DNA of 64,000 nucleotides from Chiloscyllium plagiosum (Eukaryota): positions 52,286,263-52,350,262 of the forward strand of contig NC_057719.1 in NCBI RefSeq assembly GCF_004010195.1, given 5' to 3'. Under the pieces are notes generated by a model. The model searched no databases and was not told the DNA's origin. It was given only the letters and a program-made list of their open reading frames with translations. This document shows, piece by piece, positions 24,104 to 36,069 of the stretch. Position numbers and translations under genes: made by a program. How positions within the stretch are numbered: the first letter of the stretch is position 1; every line of letters starts with the position of its first letter.

Positions 24104-25364
24104 ACTGAAGGAGGTGGCTCGAGAAATTGTGGATGCGTTGGTGATTATTTTCCAGAGTTCGATAGATTTGGGATCAGTTCCTGCGGATTGGAGGGTGGCT
24201 AATGTTGTACCACTTTTTAAGAAAGGTGGGAGAGAGAAAGCAGGAAATTATAGACCAGTTAGTCTGACCTCAGTGGTGGGAAAGATGCTGGACTCTATTA
24301 TAAAGGATGAAATTACGGCACATCTGGATAGTAGTAANNNNNNNNNNNNNNNNNNNNNNNNNNNNNNNNNNNNNNNNNNNNNNNNNNNNNNNNNNNNNNN
24401 NNNNNNNNNNNNNNNNNNNNNNNNNNNNNNNNNNNNNNNNNNNNNNNNNNNNNNNNNNNNNNNNNNNNNNNNNNNNNNNNNNNNNNNNNNNNNNNNNNNN
24501 NNNNNNNNNNNNNNNNNNNNNNNNNNNNNNNNNNNNNNNNNNNNNNNNNNNNNNNNNNNNNNNNNNNNNNNNNNNNNNNNNNNNNNNNNNNNNNNNNNNN
24601 NNNNNNNNNNNNNNNNNNNNNNNNNNNNNNNNNNNNNNNNNNNNNNNNNNNNNNNNNNNNNNNNNNNNNNNNNNNNNNNNNNNNNNNNNNNNNNNNNNNN
24701 NNNNNNNNNNNNNNNNNNNNNNNNNNNNNNNNNNNNNNNNNNNNNNNNNNNNNNNNNNNNNNNNNNNNNNNNNNNNNNNNNNNNNNNNNNNNNNNNNNNN
24801 NNNNNNNNNNNNNNNNNNNNNNNNNNNNNNNNNNNNNNNNNNNNNNNNNNNNNNNNNNNNNNNNNNNNNNNNNNNNNNNNNNNNNNNNNNNNNNNNNNNN
24901 NNNNNNNNNNNNNNNNNNNNNNNNNNNNNNNNNNNNNNNNNNNNNNNNNNNNNNNNNNNNNNNNNNNNNNNNNNNNNNNNNNNNNNNNNNNNNNNNNNNN
25001 NNNNNNNNNNNNNNNNNNNNNNNNNNNNNNNNNNNNNNNNNNNNNNNNNNNNNNNNNNNNNNNNNNNNNNNNNNNNNNNNNNNNNNNNNNGTAGACCATT
25101 TAGGACAGAGATGGGGAGAAACTTCTTCACCCAGAGAGTGGTGGCTGTGTGGAATGCTCTGCCCCAAAGGGCAGTGGAGGCCCAGTCTCTGGATTCATTT
25201 AAGAAAGAGTTGGATAGAGCTCTCAAGGATAGTGGAATCAAGGGTTATGGAGATAAGGCAGGAACAGGATACTGATTAAGGATGATCAGCCATGATCATA
25301 TTGAATGGTGGTGCCGGCTTGAAGGGCAGAATGGCCTACTCCTGCAACTATTGTCTATTGTCTA
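24104..25364 (+). mobile_element. Young CR1 LINE, 3' half (continuation of 16120-18360; RT mostly in gap)
   Basis: LKEVAREIVDAL..PADWRVANVVPLFKKG..NYRPVSLTSVVGK; after the gap RPFRTEMGRNFFTQRVV; tail ctattgtctattgtcta. Confidence 0.92.
24338..25090. other. Assembly gap
   Basis: Run of N. Confidence 1.
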
Positions 25365-25404
25365 ATTCTATTTGCACCTATCCACTTTTCTCAACTGCTG
25401 AATA

Positions 25405-25595
25405 AGGTAATGATACTGAAAGGGTTAACGCTGAAGATTGACTTAAGCTCTATTGAATCTGCAGATGTCATTAGAAAAGGCAGAACATCTTGGGATCCAA
25501 AAAGGGTCAGACCTGTTATCCTAAGTCCTGCAGAGGTTTTAGAAACAAAGTCTATCTTACTGGTGTAATTTTAACCTGATAGCTACCATGCAATT
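25405..25595 (+). repeat. LTR-like repeat related to 43025-43220
   Basis: Shared blocks ctgaaagggttaa, aaaggcag.acatct..ggatc and aacc.gat.gcta.catgcaat. Confidence 0.5.
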
Positions 25596-25601
25596 GACTA
25601 A

Positions 25602-25965
25602 ACAGAGTCATACAGTATGGAAACAGGCCCTTCGGGCCAACCAGTCCATGCCAAACATAATCCTAAATTAAACCAGTCCTACCTGTCTGCTCCTGGCCCA
25701 TATCCCTCCAAACCTTCCCTATTCATGTACTTATCCAAATGTCTTTTAAGTGTTGTATTTGTACCTACATTTACCACTTCCTCAGGAAGGTCATTCCACG
25801 TGCGAACCACCCTCTGTGTAAAATGATTTGCCCCTCATGTCTATTTTAGTCCTCTCTCCTCCCACCTTAAAAATGTGCCTCCTCGTCTTGAAAGTCCCCA
25901 TCCTACGCAAAAGACCACTACCAGTAACCCTAACTATACCTCTCATTATTGTATAAACTTTTATA
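25602..25965 (-). mobile_element. CR1/HER1 3' fragment
   Basis: Reverse complement of the 3' end seen at 200-573. Confidence 0.88.
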
Positions 25966-26129
25966 AGCATCTTGGCTAAGTCAGAAGCGTCATCTCATGA
26001 GACTACCAAGAAAATTTCGTCTACCACTTTTGACTGAGTATGCACTGTAGACCCAGTCAGAAAAGGGAATGTGCCCAATTGCAGGTTGGCAGTGCATGGC
26101 AATACATCTAAACCTACCATATTTCCACT

Positions 26130-26235
26130 TTTTTTCAGTTTTGAAGAAGAGTCATATTGAATCCAAAATGTTTACATTGTTTTTGTCTCCACCGATGTTG
26201 CCAGACCTGTTGAGATTCCCTCACACATTCTGTTT
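26130..26235 (+). mobile_element. PLE pLTR fragment
   Basis: ttgaagaagagtcatattgaatccaaaatgttt..gatgttgccagacctg; family of 4828/31900. Confidence 0.55.
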
Positions 26236-27739
26236 TTATTCTTCCAAAATTAGCACTCAACCATTTTGGATTGAAACCATGAAGCACTTTTGTTTCACAA
26301 AAAGGAAACATATCAAAAAATGTTCTCCCCAAAAGGTGATGGGTGCTGAAAGTTTCAAGGCTGCGTCAATTAGATTTTTGCTAGATAATGGTATCAAGGT
26401 CTGTAGAGTGAAATTGATCAACAGAACTGATATCAAGTCATAGAATGACTGAAACTAGTTTACTCCAGCTCCTATGTTCCAATATTTGTTCCTTTTTCAA
26501 TGTTGCGAGTCTTGTTTTACCATTTCAATTTTCCCAAATACAATGGATTCTTTTTAGTGTAACCAATGCTATATTTAGAATGACATACATACCATTTCAA
26601 GAAATACAGAATGCACAAACATTACAACTTTGATTTATTTAAAGGTCCACCTGAACAACATCAGCATGCAGCATTTGGAATAAATCAGTTCAAAAAGAAA
26701 GGAATGCTATTGAGACTTTGGAAAGTACAATTGTTATGTAGGGTTAATTTAAACTCGTAATAGCTGGGCAGCAAATTGCTGCTCTTAAATTGGCCTCACG
26801 TTTTCCATTGAGTTGGATTTTCTTCTCCATTGCCTTCAATAGAAAATGATTAGACAACATGGAAAATAGACAGCATTCACTATCACTTGTTTTCCTCCTA
26901 AAAAGTTCTTATTTCCAGTAAGCATAAACAGTTAGGAAACCTTATGTGATCATAACATTACAAATACAAATACATTTGCCATTCTCTGTTAATTATTGGA
27001 TCAACATAGCACTGTGTATGACTTCTAACCAAATTCATGATTATTTCCTTATTCTTCCATTCACTCCACGAGAGAAAAATCTGGTTTTCGTGGCTTTCCT
27101 GGAGCAATTAGTTGTGTTCAAACAGCACAGCCTAGGCAAACAGGGGATCAAACAGGAGATTTTCCTCTGGTTTTACATTGTATCTTCTTTTGCTCGGAGC
27201 ACAGACTCTGTGCTGCACAGTCGGCACAAATGATTTTTACTTCAGTCTTATTAGAATCATTTTGATTCACAGCTAGTCAATTCAAACCTGGCATTAGCTG
27301 GCAGGCATTTTTATCACAAGCTAACAGCTCAGTAAACATATTTTCACCACTTATATTATGTGTTTTAGGTTAGAGTGGTTGCCATTTTGGTACACGATCA
27401 AATTAACAGATGGGCTTTAAATGGGCCATAATTATTTGTCAGTTTAGACAGATAGTGTTGTATGTAGGTGCTGTATGTATAAGTAGTGAATAACAATTTC
27501 ATTGATTTGTAACCTTTGATGATATTATTCAACAGTTTTACACTTTTACTTGACAAACAATTGAAAAGAAAATGTTATATCTATGCTCATTAATCTCAGA
27601 AGGAATTTACAATAAATGAATGTTATTGCTTCCTGGATTTCTGACATCACCAAATCACCCAAATATTCATATGCTTTCAAAGAAATATTTCAAAAGAAAA
27701 CAATATCTTTGTTTCAACTCTGGGCCAGCATTGGGTTTA

Positions 27740-29280
27740 TGAGGTATTTAATATGAATCTTTTAAATGTCAACCATTTGAAGGACATGGCAGATGCTGAG
27801 GTTAGGGATAGATCTTTGATTAATCTAGGTAAAGTCAGCATAAGGAAGGAGGAAGTGTTGTGTATTGTAAAAGGCATTAAGGGGGGACAAGTTCCCAGGT
27901 CCGGATGGGATTTATTCCAGGTTACTGAGGGAAGCAAGAGAGGAAATAGCTGGGGCTTTAACAGATATCTTTGCAGCATCCTTGAAAACAGGGGAGGTCC
28001 CAGAGGCCTGGAGAATTGCTAATGTTGTCCCCTTCTTTATGAAGGATAGCAGGGAAAATCTAGGAAAATTCAGACCTGTGAGCCTGATGTCAGTGGTAGG
28101 GAAGCTACTGGAGATGATACTAAGGGATAGTATATATATCTACTTAAAGAAAATGGGCTTATCAGTGATAGGCAACATGGTTTTGTGCAGGGAAGGTCAT
28201 GTCTTACAAACTTAATAGAGTTATTTGAAGCGGTGACAAAGTTGATTGATGAGGGAAGGGATGTAGAAGTCATATGCATGGACTTTAGTAAGGGGTTTGA
28301 CAAGGTTCCCATGGTAGTCTGATGAAGAAGGTGAAGTTGCATGGGGTCAAGTGTGTTCTGATTGGGCAGATTGGGCAACAGGAGACAGAGAGTACTAGTG
28401 GAAGGGAGCTTCTCAAAATGGAGACCTGGGACCAATGGTGTCTCACAGGGATCCATGCTGGGACCATTGTTGTTAGTGATATACATAAATGATTTGGAAG
28501 AAGGTGTAGGTTGATCATTAGCAAGTTTGCAGATGACACTAAGATTGGTGAAGGGGACTGTCAGAGAATACAGCACAATATAGATAAATTGGAGAGTTGG
28601 GCAGAGAAATGGTGGATGGAGTTCAATTCGGACAAATACAAGGTGATGCATTTTGGAAGATGCAACTCAAGAGCGAGCTATACAGTAAATGGAAAGGTCC
28701 TGGGGAGAGTTGATGTCCAGAGAGATATGGGCTTTTAGGTCCACTCGGCCATATTTGCATACAGTTTTGGTTGCTACATTACCAAAAGAATGTGGATGCT
28801 TTGGTGAGGTTGCAGAAGAGGTTCAACAGGATGTTGCCTGGTATGGAGGGTGATAGCTATGAGAAGAGGTTGAGTAGATCAGGATTATTTAATTGGGAAG
28901 AAGGAGGTGGAGGGGAGATCTGATTGAAGCCTACAAAATCATGAAAGGGATAGGCAAGGTGGATAGCAAGAAACTTTTCCCCAGACTGGGGTCTCAATTA
29001 CTAGGGGTCATGAGTTCAAAGTGAGAGGGGAAAGGTTTAGGGGAGATATACGTGGCAAGTTCTTCACGCAGAGGGTGGTGAGTGCCTGGTATGCGTTGCC
29101 AACTGAGGTGGTAGGGGCGGGAATGATAGCGTCATTTCAGATGTTTCTAGACAGATACATGAATGGGAAGGGAGCAAAGGATACAGTTTCTTAGAAAATC
29201 AAGTTTGGATAGGGGCTATGGATCGGCACAGGCTTGGAGGGCCAAAGGGCCTGTTCCTGAGCTGTAATATTCTTTGTTCA
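27740..29280 (+). mobile_element. 5'-truncated CR1 LINE (RT region + 3' UTR), frameshifted
   Basis: GEVPEAWRIANVVP..FRPVSLMSVVGK; SQGSMLGP; ISKFADDTKIG; WAEKWWMEFN. Confidence 0.93.
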
Positions 29281-29614
29281 TTAATGTTCCGTCCATTCCA
29301 GGGAAGAATTTAGTGGGAAGCAGAAAAGGTGAGGGCTGGAGTCTGCTTGCTGACAGGACTGGCATGATTGGCAGTCAAGCAGAACTGTGGCAGTCCCGAC
29401 ATTGGGAAGGAAATGGCTACATCTGAGACTCGAGGCTTAAGTTTAACTGTGGGATCCAGGGTGGAGCCACATTTTGGGCTGGCCATTTGGCTCCAATCCT
29501 TAAATTCTGGATTCCCTGATGGAAGCTCACTGTTGCTTACTGTTCAGAACGCTGAATTAAAAGATAGTTAAACCCTGCCAACATCATGAGAATGTAACAT
29601 TCCACATTCTTTAA

Positions 29615-31292
29615 AGGTCAGAGAGTCGTAGAGATGTACTACATGGAAACAGACCCTTCGGTCCAACCCGTCCATGCAACCAGATATCCCAACTCAATCT
29701 AGTCAAACCTGCCAGCACCCAGCCCATATCCCTCCAAACACTTCCTATTGATATACCCACCCAAATGCCTTTTAAATGTTGCAATTGTACCAGCTTCCAC
29801 CACATCCTCTGGCAGCTCATTCCATTCAAGTACCACCCTCTGCATGAAAAAGTTGCCCCGTAGGTCTCTTTTATATCTTGCTCCTCTCATTCTAAACCTA
29901 TACCCTCTAGTTCTGGACTCCCCCACCCCAGGGAAAAGACTTTGTCTATTTATCCTATCCATGCCCCTCATAATTTTGTAAACCTCTATAAGGTCACCCC
30001 TCAGCCTCCAACACTCCAGGGAAAACAGCCCTGGCCTGTTAAACTCTCCCTGTAGCTCAAATCCTCCAATCCTGGCAACATCTTAGTATATCTTTTCTGA
30101 ACCATTTCAAGGTTCACAACATAATAATGATAGGAAGGAGACCAGAATTGCACGCAATATTCCAACAGTGGTCTAACCAATGTCCTGTACAGCCGCAACA
30201 TGACTGATAAAGGAAAGCATACCAAACGCATACCAATATACCTGCGACTCCACTTTCAAGGAGCTATAAACCTGCATTCCAAGGTCTCTTTGTTCAGCAA
30301 TACTCCTGAGGACCTTACCATTAAGTGTCTAAATCCTGCTAAGATTTGCTTTCCCAAAATGCAGCACCTTGCATTTATCTAAATTAAACTCAATCTGTCA
30401 CTTCTCAGCCCATTGGCCCATCTGGTCCAGATCCTGTTGTAATCTGAGGTAACCCTCTTCACTGTCCACTACACCTCCAATTTTGGTGTCATCTGCAAAC
30501 TTACTAACTGTACCTCTTATGCTCGCATCCAAATCATTTATGTAAATGACAAAAAGTAGAGGATCCAGCACAGATCCTTGTGGCACTCCATTGGTCACAG
30601 GCCTCCAGTCTGAAAAACAACCCTCCACACCACCCTCTGTCTTCTATCTTTGAGCCAGTGCTGTATCCAAATGGCTAGTTCTCCCCGTATTCTGTGAGAT
30701 CTAACCTTGCTCACCAGCCTCCCATCAGGAACCTTGTTGAACGCCTTACTGAAGTCCATATAGATCACATCTACTGCTGTATCCTCATCAATCCTCTTTG
30801 TTACTTCTTCAAAAAACTCAATCAAGTTTGTGAGACATGATTTCCCATGCACAAAGCCATGATTACTTGCCCTAATCAGTCCTTGCCTTTCCAAATACAT
30901 GTACTTCCTGTTCCTCCGGATTCCCTCCAACAACTTGCCCAGCACTGATGTCAGGCTCACTGGTCTGTAGTTCCCTGGCTTGTCCTTACCACCCTTCTTC
31001 GCAGTGGTACCAAGTTACCCAACCTCCAGTCTTCCGGCGCTTCACTGTGACTATTGATATACAAATATGTCAGCAAGAGGCCCAGCAATCACTTCTCTAG
31101 CTTCCCACAGAGTTCGAGGGTACGCCTGATCAGGTCCTGGGGATTTATCCACCTTTATGCATTTCAAAACATCCAATACTTCCTCCTCTGTAATATGGAC
31201 ATTTTTCAAGATGTTACCATCTATTTCCCTACAGTCTATATCTTCCATACCCTTTTCCACAGTAAATACTGACGCAAAATACTCGTTTAGTA
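29615..31292 (-). mobile_element. 5'-truncated CR1/HER1 LINE
   Basis: KSPGPD, SCLTNLIEFF, YMDFSKAF, GVPQGSVL, SKFADDTKIGG, LYRTLVRPLLEYC; 3' UTR matches 500-573. Confidence 0.95.
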
Positions 31293-31899
31293 AAGTGATT
31301 TCTTCACATCCCCAAATTAAAGGTAGATGAAGGCGTAAGTGTCAGTATTGCCAATAATATGTCAAACATGTGGTGCTGTTGCTTTGGCCACTTTTCACCA
31401 TTAATGACATAACGTTGTCAGTTTTGCCTCAATGATTTGCATGAACAGAAAAAATAAATTTTCCTTTGAGTAAACAGTACATTTCAACAGATGAGTTATA
31501 GCAAGCTGATAGAATCTCACCTGACCAGCTTATCTTTACTTTTATGCTTCTTTTTCTACTGACTCCTATCCTCTGACACATTCATATTTTAAGCATTCTT
31601 ACTAATAAATCTATCATCTCTCACAGAACTGAAAACGAAGCGCACACAGCCTGAATAGAATGACATTAATGTCCAAGTTATTATTTTTACAATGGCAGCC
31701 TCATTCAGTTATTCTTTCCATTTCACATCTGTTTCATTCTTCGTTTCTCTTTTGGAATTGTTATGGTAGTGATACAATATGGGATATCCATTTTCATTTT
31801 CTGTTGTCTGGCTTTAATACATGGAACTTTCAGGAACTGAAATTGTTTCAAAAAGCAAACACGCTGACTTTAACTGGCCACAACAATCAGTTAGCTGCC

Positions 31900-32215
31900 A
31901 ACAAAAACAGAAATTGCTGGAAAACCTCAGCATGCCGGTGCAGCATCTGTGAAGAGAAATCAGAGTTAACGTTTCAGGTCGAGTGACCCTTCCCCAGAAC
32001 TGCGTGTAATATCTTCCATCATCAACTTGTGAAATTTGTCATAGAGGTGTAAACCTCAGGAACTGGGCAAGTGTTCCTCAGAACTGAGAAAGAATTACTT
32101 GACCTGAAATGCTAACTCTGATTTCTCTCCACAGATGCTGCCAGACCTGCTGAGCTTTCCCAGCAATTTCTGGTCTTGCTTCTGAATTATAGCATCTGCA
32201 GTTCTTTTGGTTTTT
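31900..32215. mobile_element. Foldback PLE pLTR pair
   Basis: cagcatctgtgaagagaaatcagagttaacgtttcaggtc is mirrored by gacctgaaatgctaactctgatttctctccacagatgctg. Confidence 0.75.
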
Positions 32216-32699
32216 AATCGATTAGCCACACAGGTTTCCCAAGGTTTGTGAAACACAGAGTAAACATAATCATGTAAAGAAAAATTAACTTAATTATTAA
32301 ATGACACTGAAACTAGTCCTCCCAGTTAGGCATGAAAAATCCCTCTCTGGCCATTTTGATTTATACTTCTCTAACACGTTTCACATACTGAAGATCAACG
32401 ATATGATGTGCAATTATCAAGCTTGGAAACAATGAACTCAGGAACTAAACTAAACCAATAAGCTGTATTTTAAGGCCTACAGCAGTGGAGGTGGGATTTG
32501 TGACTGCAGAACTGGAGAAAGGTTTCTTCTTCGGCCTCTTGAAAGTCAAAGCATTTGGTGACTCCACAAATTGGACCGAAAAATCCAAATACTGAGGACT
32601 TAAAGAGATCTGCAATATTCACTGCTGTGAGGACACAAGACACAAATTAAGCAAATGTGGTCTTCAGTTAAAATCTTTATGCACCAAGAATATCCAAAG

Positions 32700-32820
32700 A
32701 CTGAGGAAAGTTGCTGGACCCAGAATATTACTTTTGCATTTTTTTTCCACAGATGATGTCAGACCTGCTGAACCTCTCCAGCAATTTCAGTTTTTGTTTC
32801 AGATCTTTAGCATCTTTGTT
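32700..32820 (+). mobile_element. PLE pLTR fragment
   Basis: ctgaggaaag..ccacagatgatgtcagacctgctg..cagcaatttc. Confidence 0.55.
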
Positions 32821-33247
32821 TTCTTTTATGTATTCTTATTATCTTCCTTTTAGATCAAACTCTATTTCACTTCATACCTTTGCACATGTATGTTTGGTGT
32901 CACATCTTTATTAATTTTCTTAGGATTGGCAGAAGATGAAATTGCTGTTTGTTTCCCTCAATAAAACTCAATAATTGACTCCTTACAGATAACATGGACT
33001 TTGGGAAATGATATTTTATGGAGAGAACTGTTGACACCATCACTGTCTTTACCTTTCTCATTTTTGGTTTAGAACAATGAACTGAAGTTGAGAATCAACT
33101 TTTCAATTGAGCAGCAGCTTGTTTTGTAAAGGAGCAGAGGGCAAACAAACAGGCCTGGGATCTGGCCTGGAAAGATAATTGCTGGTTACTTATTGTTCTA
33201 AGAAGACTAGACATTCCAGCTCCAGAGTGTGTTCAGATCAATGATTG

Positions 33248-33622
33248 ATGATTTGGAGGTGCTGGTTTTGGACTGGGGTGGACAAAGTTAAAAATCACAT
33301 AACACCAGGTTATAGTCCAACAGGTTTTATTTGGAAGTACAAGCTTTTGGAGCGCTACTTCTTCATCAGGTAACTAGTGGGGCAGGATCATAGGACACAG
33401 ATTTTATAGTAAAAGATCAAAGTATCATATGACTAATGCAATGTATTGACTCAAAATTCTCAACCTCTTCTAAGTGATTAAAGACTTAACAATAATCTAG
33501 ATTTGTTCAATACATCGCATAAGTTGTATTACAGTTTGGTCTTTCACTATAAATTCTGTGTCCTACGATCCTGCCCTACTAGCTGGCTGACGAATGAGCA
33601 GTGCTCCAAAAACTTGTAGTTC
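33248..33622. mobile_element. Foldback PLE element (ggtggacaaagttaaaaatcac family)
   Basis: ggggcaggatcataggacacagattttatagtaaaagatcaaa is mirrored by tttggtctttcactataaattctgtgtcctacgatcctgccc; CTGATGAAG core on minus strand ~33370. Confidence 0.75.
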
Positions 33623-33934
33623 AAGGATTAGCAGCTGGTTGGATGTTGAAAGGGAGGCTGGTATTGGCCAGCCAACCACAGAGAATGTTGAAAGAGAAAG
33701 CATAGATTGAACTCGTTTTGACTTTACTTTTAGGCAGAAGACTGGGTGCTCAGAAGCTGTGTTTGAGTTTTACTCTGTCTAGTTTTATATTCAGTTAAAG
33801 AATTGTTTAATATCTGAGAAAATAATCTACATTAATTAAAAAAAAGTATTCATCGGAGCGTGCAGGGAGCTATTTTAATTGACCCAGTGACTTTGCCGTT
33901 CAAGCAAAAAAAGATCCAATGTGAAATAAATAAA

Positions 33935-34105
33935 AGCAGGAATTACTTGAGAAAGTCAACAGGAACAGGTTCTAAAGAAGGGTCAATGTACTGGAAACAT
34001 TAACTCTGTTTTCTCTCTGCAGCTGCTGTTTGACCTGCTGCGCTTTTCCAGCAATTTGCATTTCTGTTTGTTTCAGATATCCAGCCTTCAATGTTCTTTG
34101 TTTCA
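33935..34105. mobile_element. Decayed foldback PLE pLTR
   Basis: ttctaaagaagggtcaatgtactggaaacattaactctg..gacctgctg..cagcaatt. Confidence 0.55.
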
Positions 34106-35149
34106 TAATACAATCTCATGTACTTATAATACAGTCCATCATTCAAGAAATTTCACTAAAGCTTGGTACTCATTGGTGAAACAGTTATTTTATTGACACA
34201 TCTATTTTCTTTATGATTTATCCATTGTGTCTGCCTCTCTATCTGTCTCAGTGTGTGAGTGGGGCTAATGACCAAAGAAATTTGACTTTATATCATAGGC
34301 ATTAATTAGATTACCTTGCTGTTTAGCTTTGCTCTATTAAAATTAAAGAATTAATAATAAACTTGCAATCTGTGTTTAAGTTATAAACTTGGAATCTGAT
34401 ATCTGGTATTCTTAAAGTCTGCTTAGGGACAGTTAGGTCATTTTGAGTATCATCGAACATTTTAATTTCACTGTGTTAATGCAGTGTTAATGAGTCTGAT
34501 TTGGTCTCGCTTGTTATCCCTGTGTCATAGCAGAATATAAATTTTTGTTGAGGTTGTTCATGGAAGTTGACTAAAGGGAGACCATTTCACCTTTTGTGAG
34601 CTGGTCATATCAATTGCCTCTGGAATTCCATCTTATTTGAATTATACAAAAATACTTGGTGGCTAATTCTGTTATCACCTATTATGGTCGTGCACTTTGT
34701 CCAAACCCTAAATTTGATTCAATCTTCGGTTTTTAGGTCTCGTCTTTACATTCTATTGATAGAATGAAGCCAATTGCATTTGAATTAGGTTTCTTCCCTT
34801 TAATACAGGAACACTTGTGCTGGTAACACTCCCAATGTTGTTAATTTATTTCAAAAGACTTCAATGCGCAAGTTTATGTGAAAGTACAGAGGGCTGAATC
34901 TTATGCATTTCTCGAAATGTGTGAGTTGTATTGGGTTTTTGGTGGATTTTTGCTGCAAGTCCCAACGAAACCTCTTGCTGTATCTTTCCCAATGCACTTA
35001 ATTAATTACTTACCTCTGTCCTATGACATTTCTCACAAACACTTCTATCTCCATCTGATCATGTGCTGTTCCTGACCAACTTACAATTCACTGGATATTT
35101 AACAAAAGACCACCATCCCTGGTGACCATGATATATTCAAAAAGCCAAG

Positions 35150-35880
35150 TGCACCCAAATGTGCACTGACATTGTGAAGCTTCCCTGCTTGGTCAAGAAT
35201 GTTTTCAAAGAGGTTTGAGAAGGGAATATGTTGCTTGATCCTCTTATAGGAACCTTGAGCTGCTGGTTGGGTTGTGATGCACAGGAGTTGTGTCCTCTTC
35301 CTGGAGAACTGGAAAAGAAGGCTGTATCACTAAACACCGGCAGCATTGTCCCAGGTCAGTCCCATCGTCATGTGCCATAAGAACGTCATCATTCTTCTTT
35401 CTCCACCAGGGTAAGTGCCAAACTCTTCTCCCAGCTACCTTATACTTGCTCTATCTCTGCTACTCCACCCACCACTCACCAAGGGTCATGCCCCACCACT
35501 TGCACTATTGTCTTTACCATTTTCCCTGATTTGCTCGCATCCGCCCCACTGAAATCCCACACCAAAAACCCTGCATGGCCTTTGTGCTCTCCCCTTTCTC
35601 CCTTCTATCAGTTGTACCACACTAGCAGTCATGGCACTCACTTTTGTCTTTCATAATGCCTCCCTTTCTCTTATTCCAGGAGAAGCACTACCCAAAACAG
35701 GGTAGAAAGGAACCAGATGGATGGTGAAGTGCTTGGCATTGGACTCAGCCCCTATAAGGAGAGAATCTTGACCCTTATAGGAGTAGACACACACCACTCC
35801 TGTGGGATGTCAAGGTATCCACATTCTACCAACCAAGAAAGTACCATTCTTCACTTCACTGCATCTCTCGTTGACATTCT
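35150..35880 (+). mobile_element. Decayed PIF/Harbinger Myb/SANT-like ORF relic with intron (~35411-35679)
   Basis: tgccataagaacgtcatc..ccagg|gtaagt matches the copy at ~50000; after ttccag| reads EK..NRVERNQMDGEVLGIGLSPYKERILTLIG (like the ..TGGG..LSP.EE motif). Confidence 0.55.
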
Positions 35881-35960
35881 GCTGTCAGTCTCATTCATTG
35901 CACACCATATTTAACTACTGACCAAGTTGTCTTTTCTCTCTTTTGTATTGTGGTACCATT

Positions 35961-36069
35961 TTTGTGGTAACATTCCTGATGAAGAGCTTACACTCGAAAC
36001 ATCAACTCTCCTGCTCCTCGGATGCTGCCTGACCAGCTATGCTTTTCCAGTGCCACACGTTTTGCCTTA
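35961..36069 (+). mobile_element. Solo PLE pLTR piece with hammerhead-like core, flanked by 10-bp direct repeat
   Basis: CTGATGAAGAGCTTACACTCGAAACATC at 35976-36003; tggtaccatt at 35951-35960 and 36070-36079. Confidence 0.75.

Noticed and set aside
24003..25275. Long ORFs (280-360 aa) in the ORF track
   Set aside because: Artefacts of translating through the N-gap; the real parts are CR1 ORF2. The same applies to 51178-51846 and 17241-17441.
27075..27110. GFRGFPGA collagen-like triplets
   Set aside because: Only about three Gly-X-Y units and no exon boundaries; likely chance.
32470..32620. GC-richer stretch open in several frames
   Set aside because: No convincing splice pair or recognisable domain.
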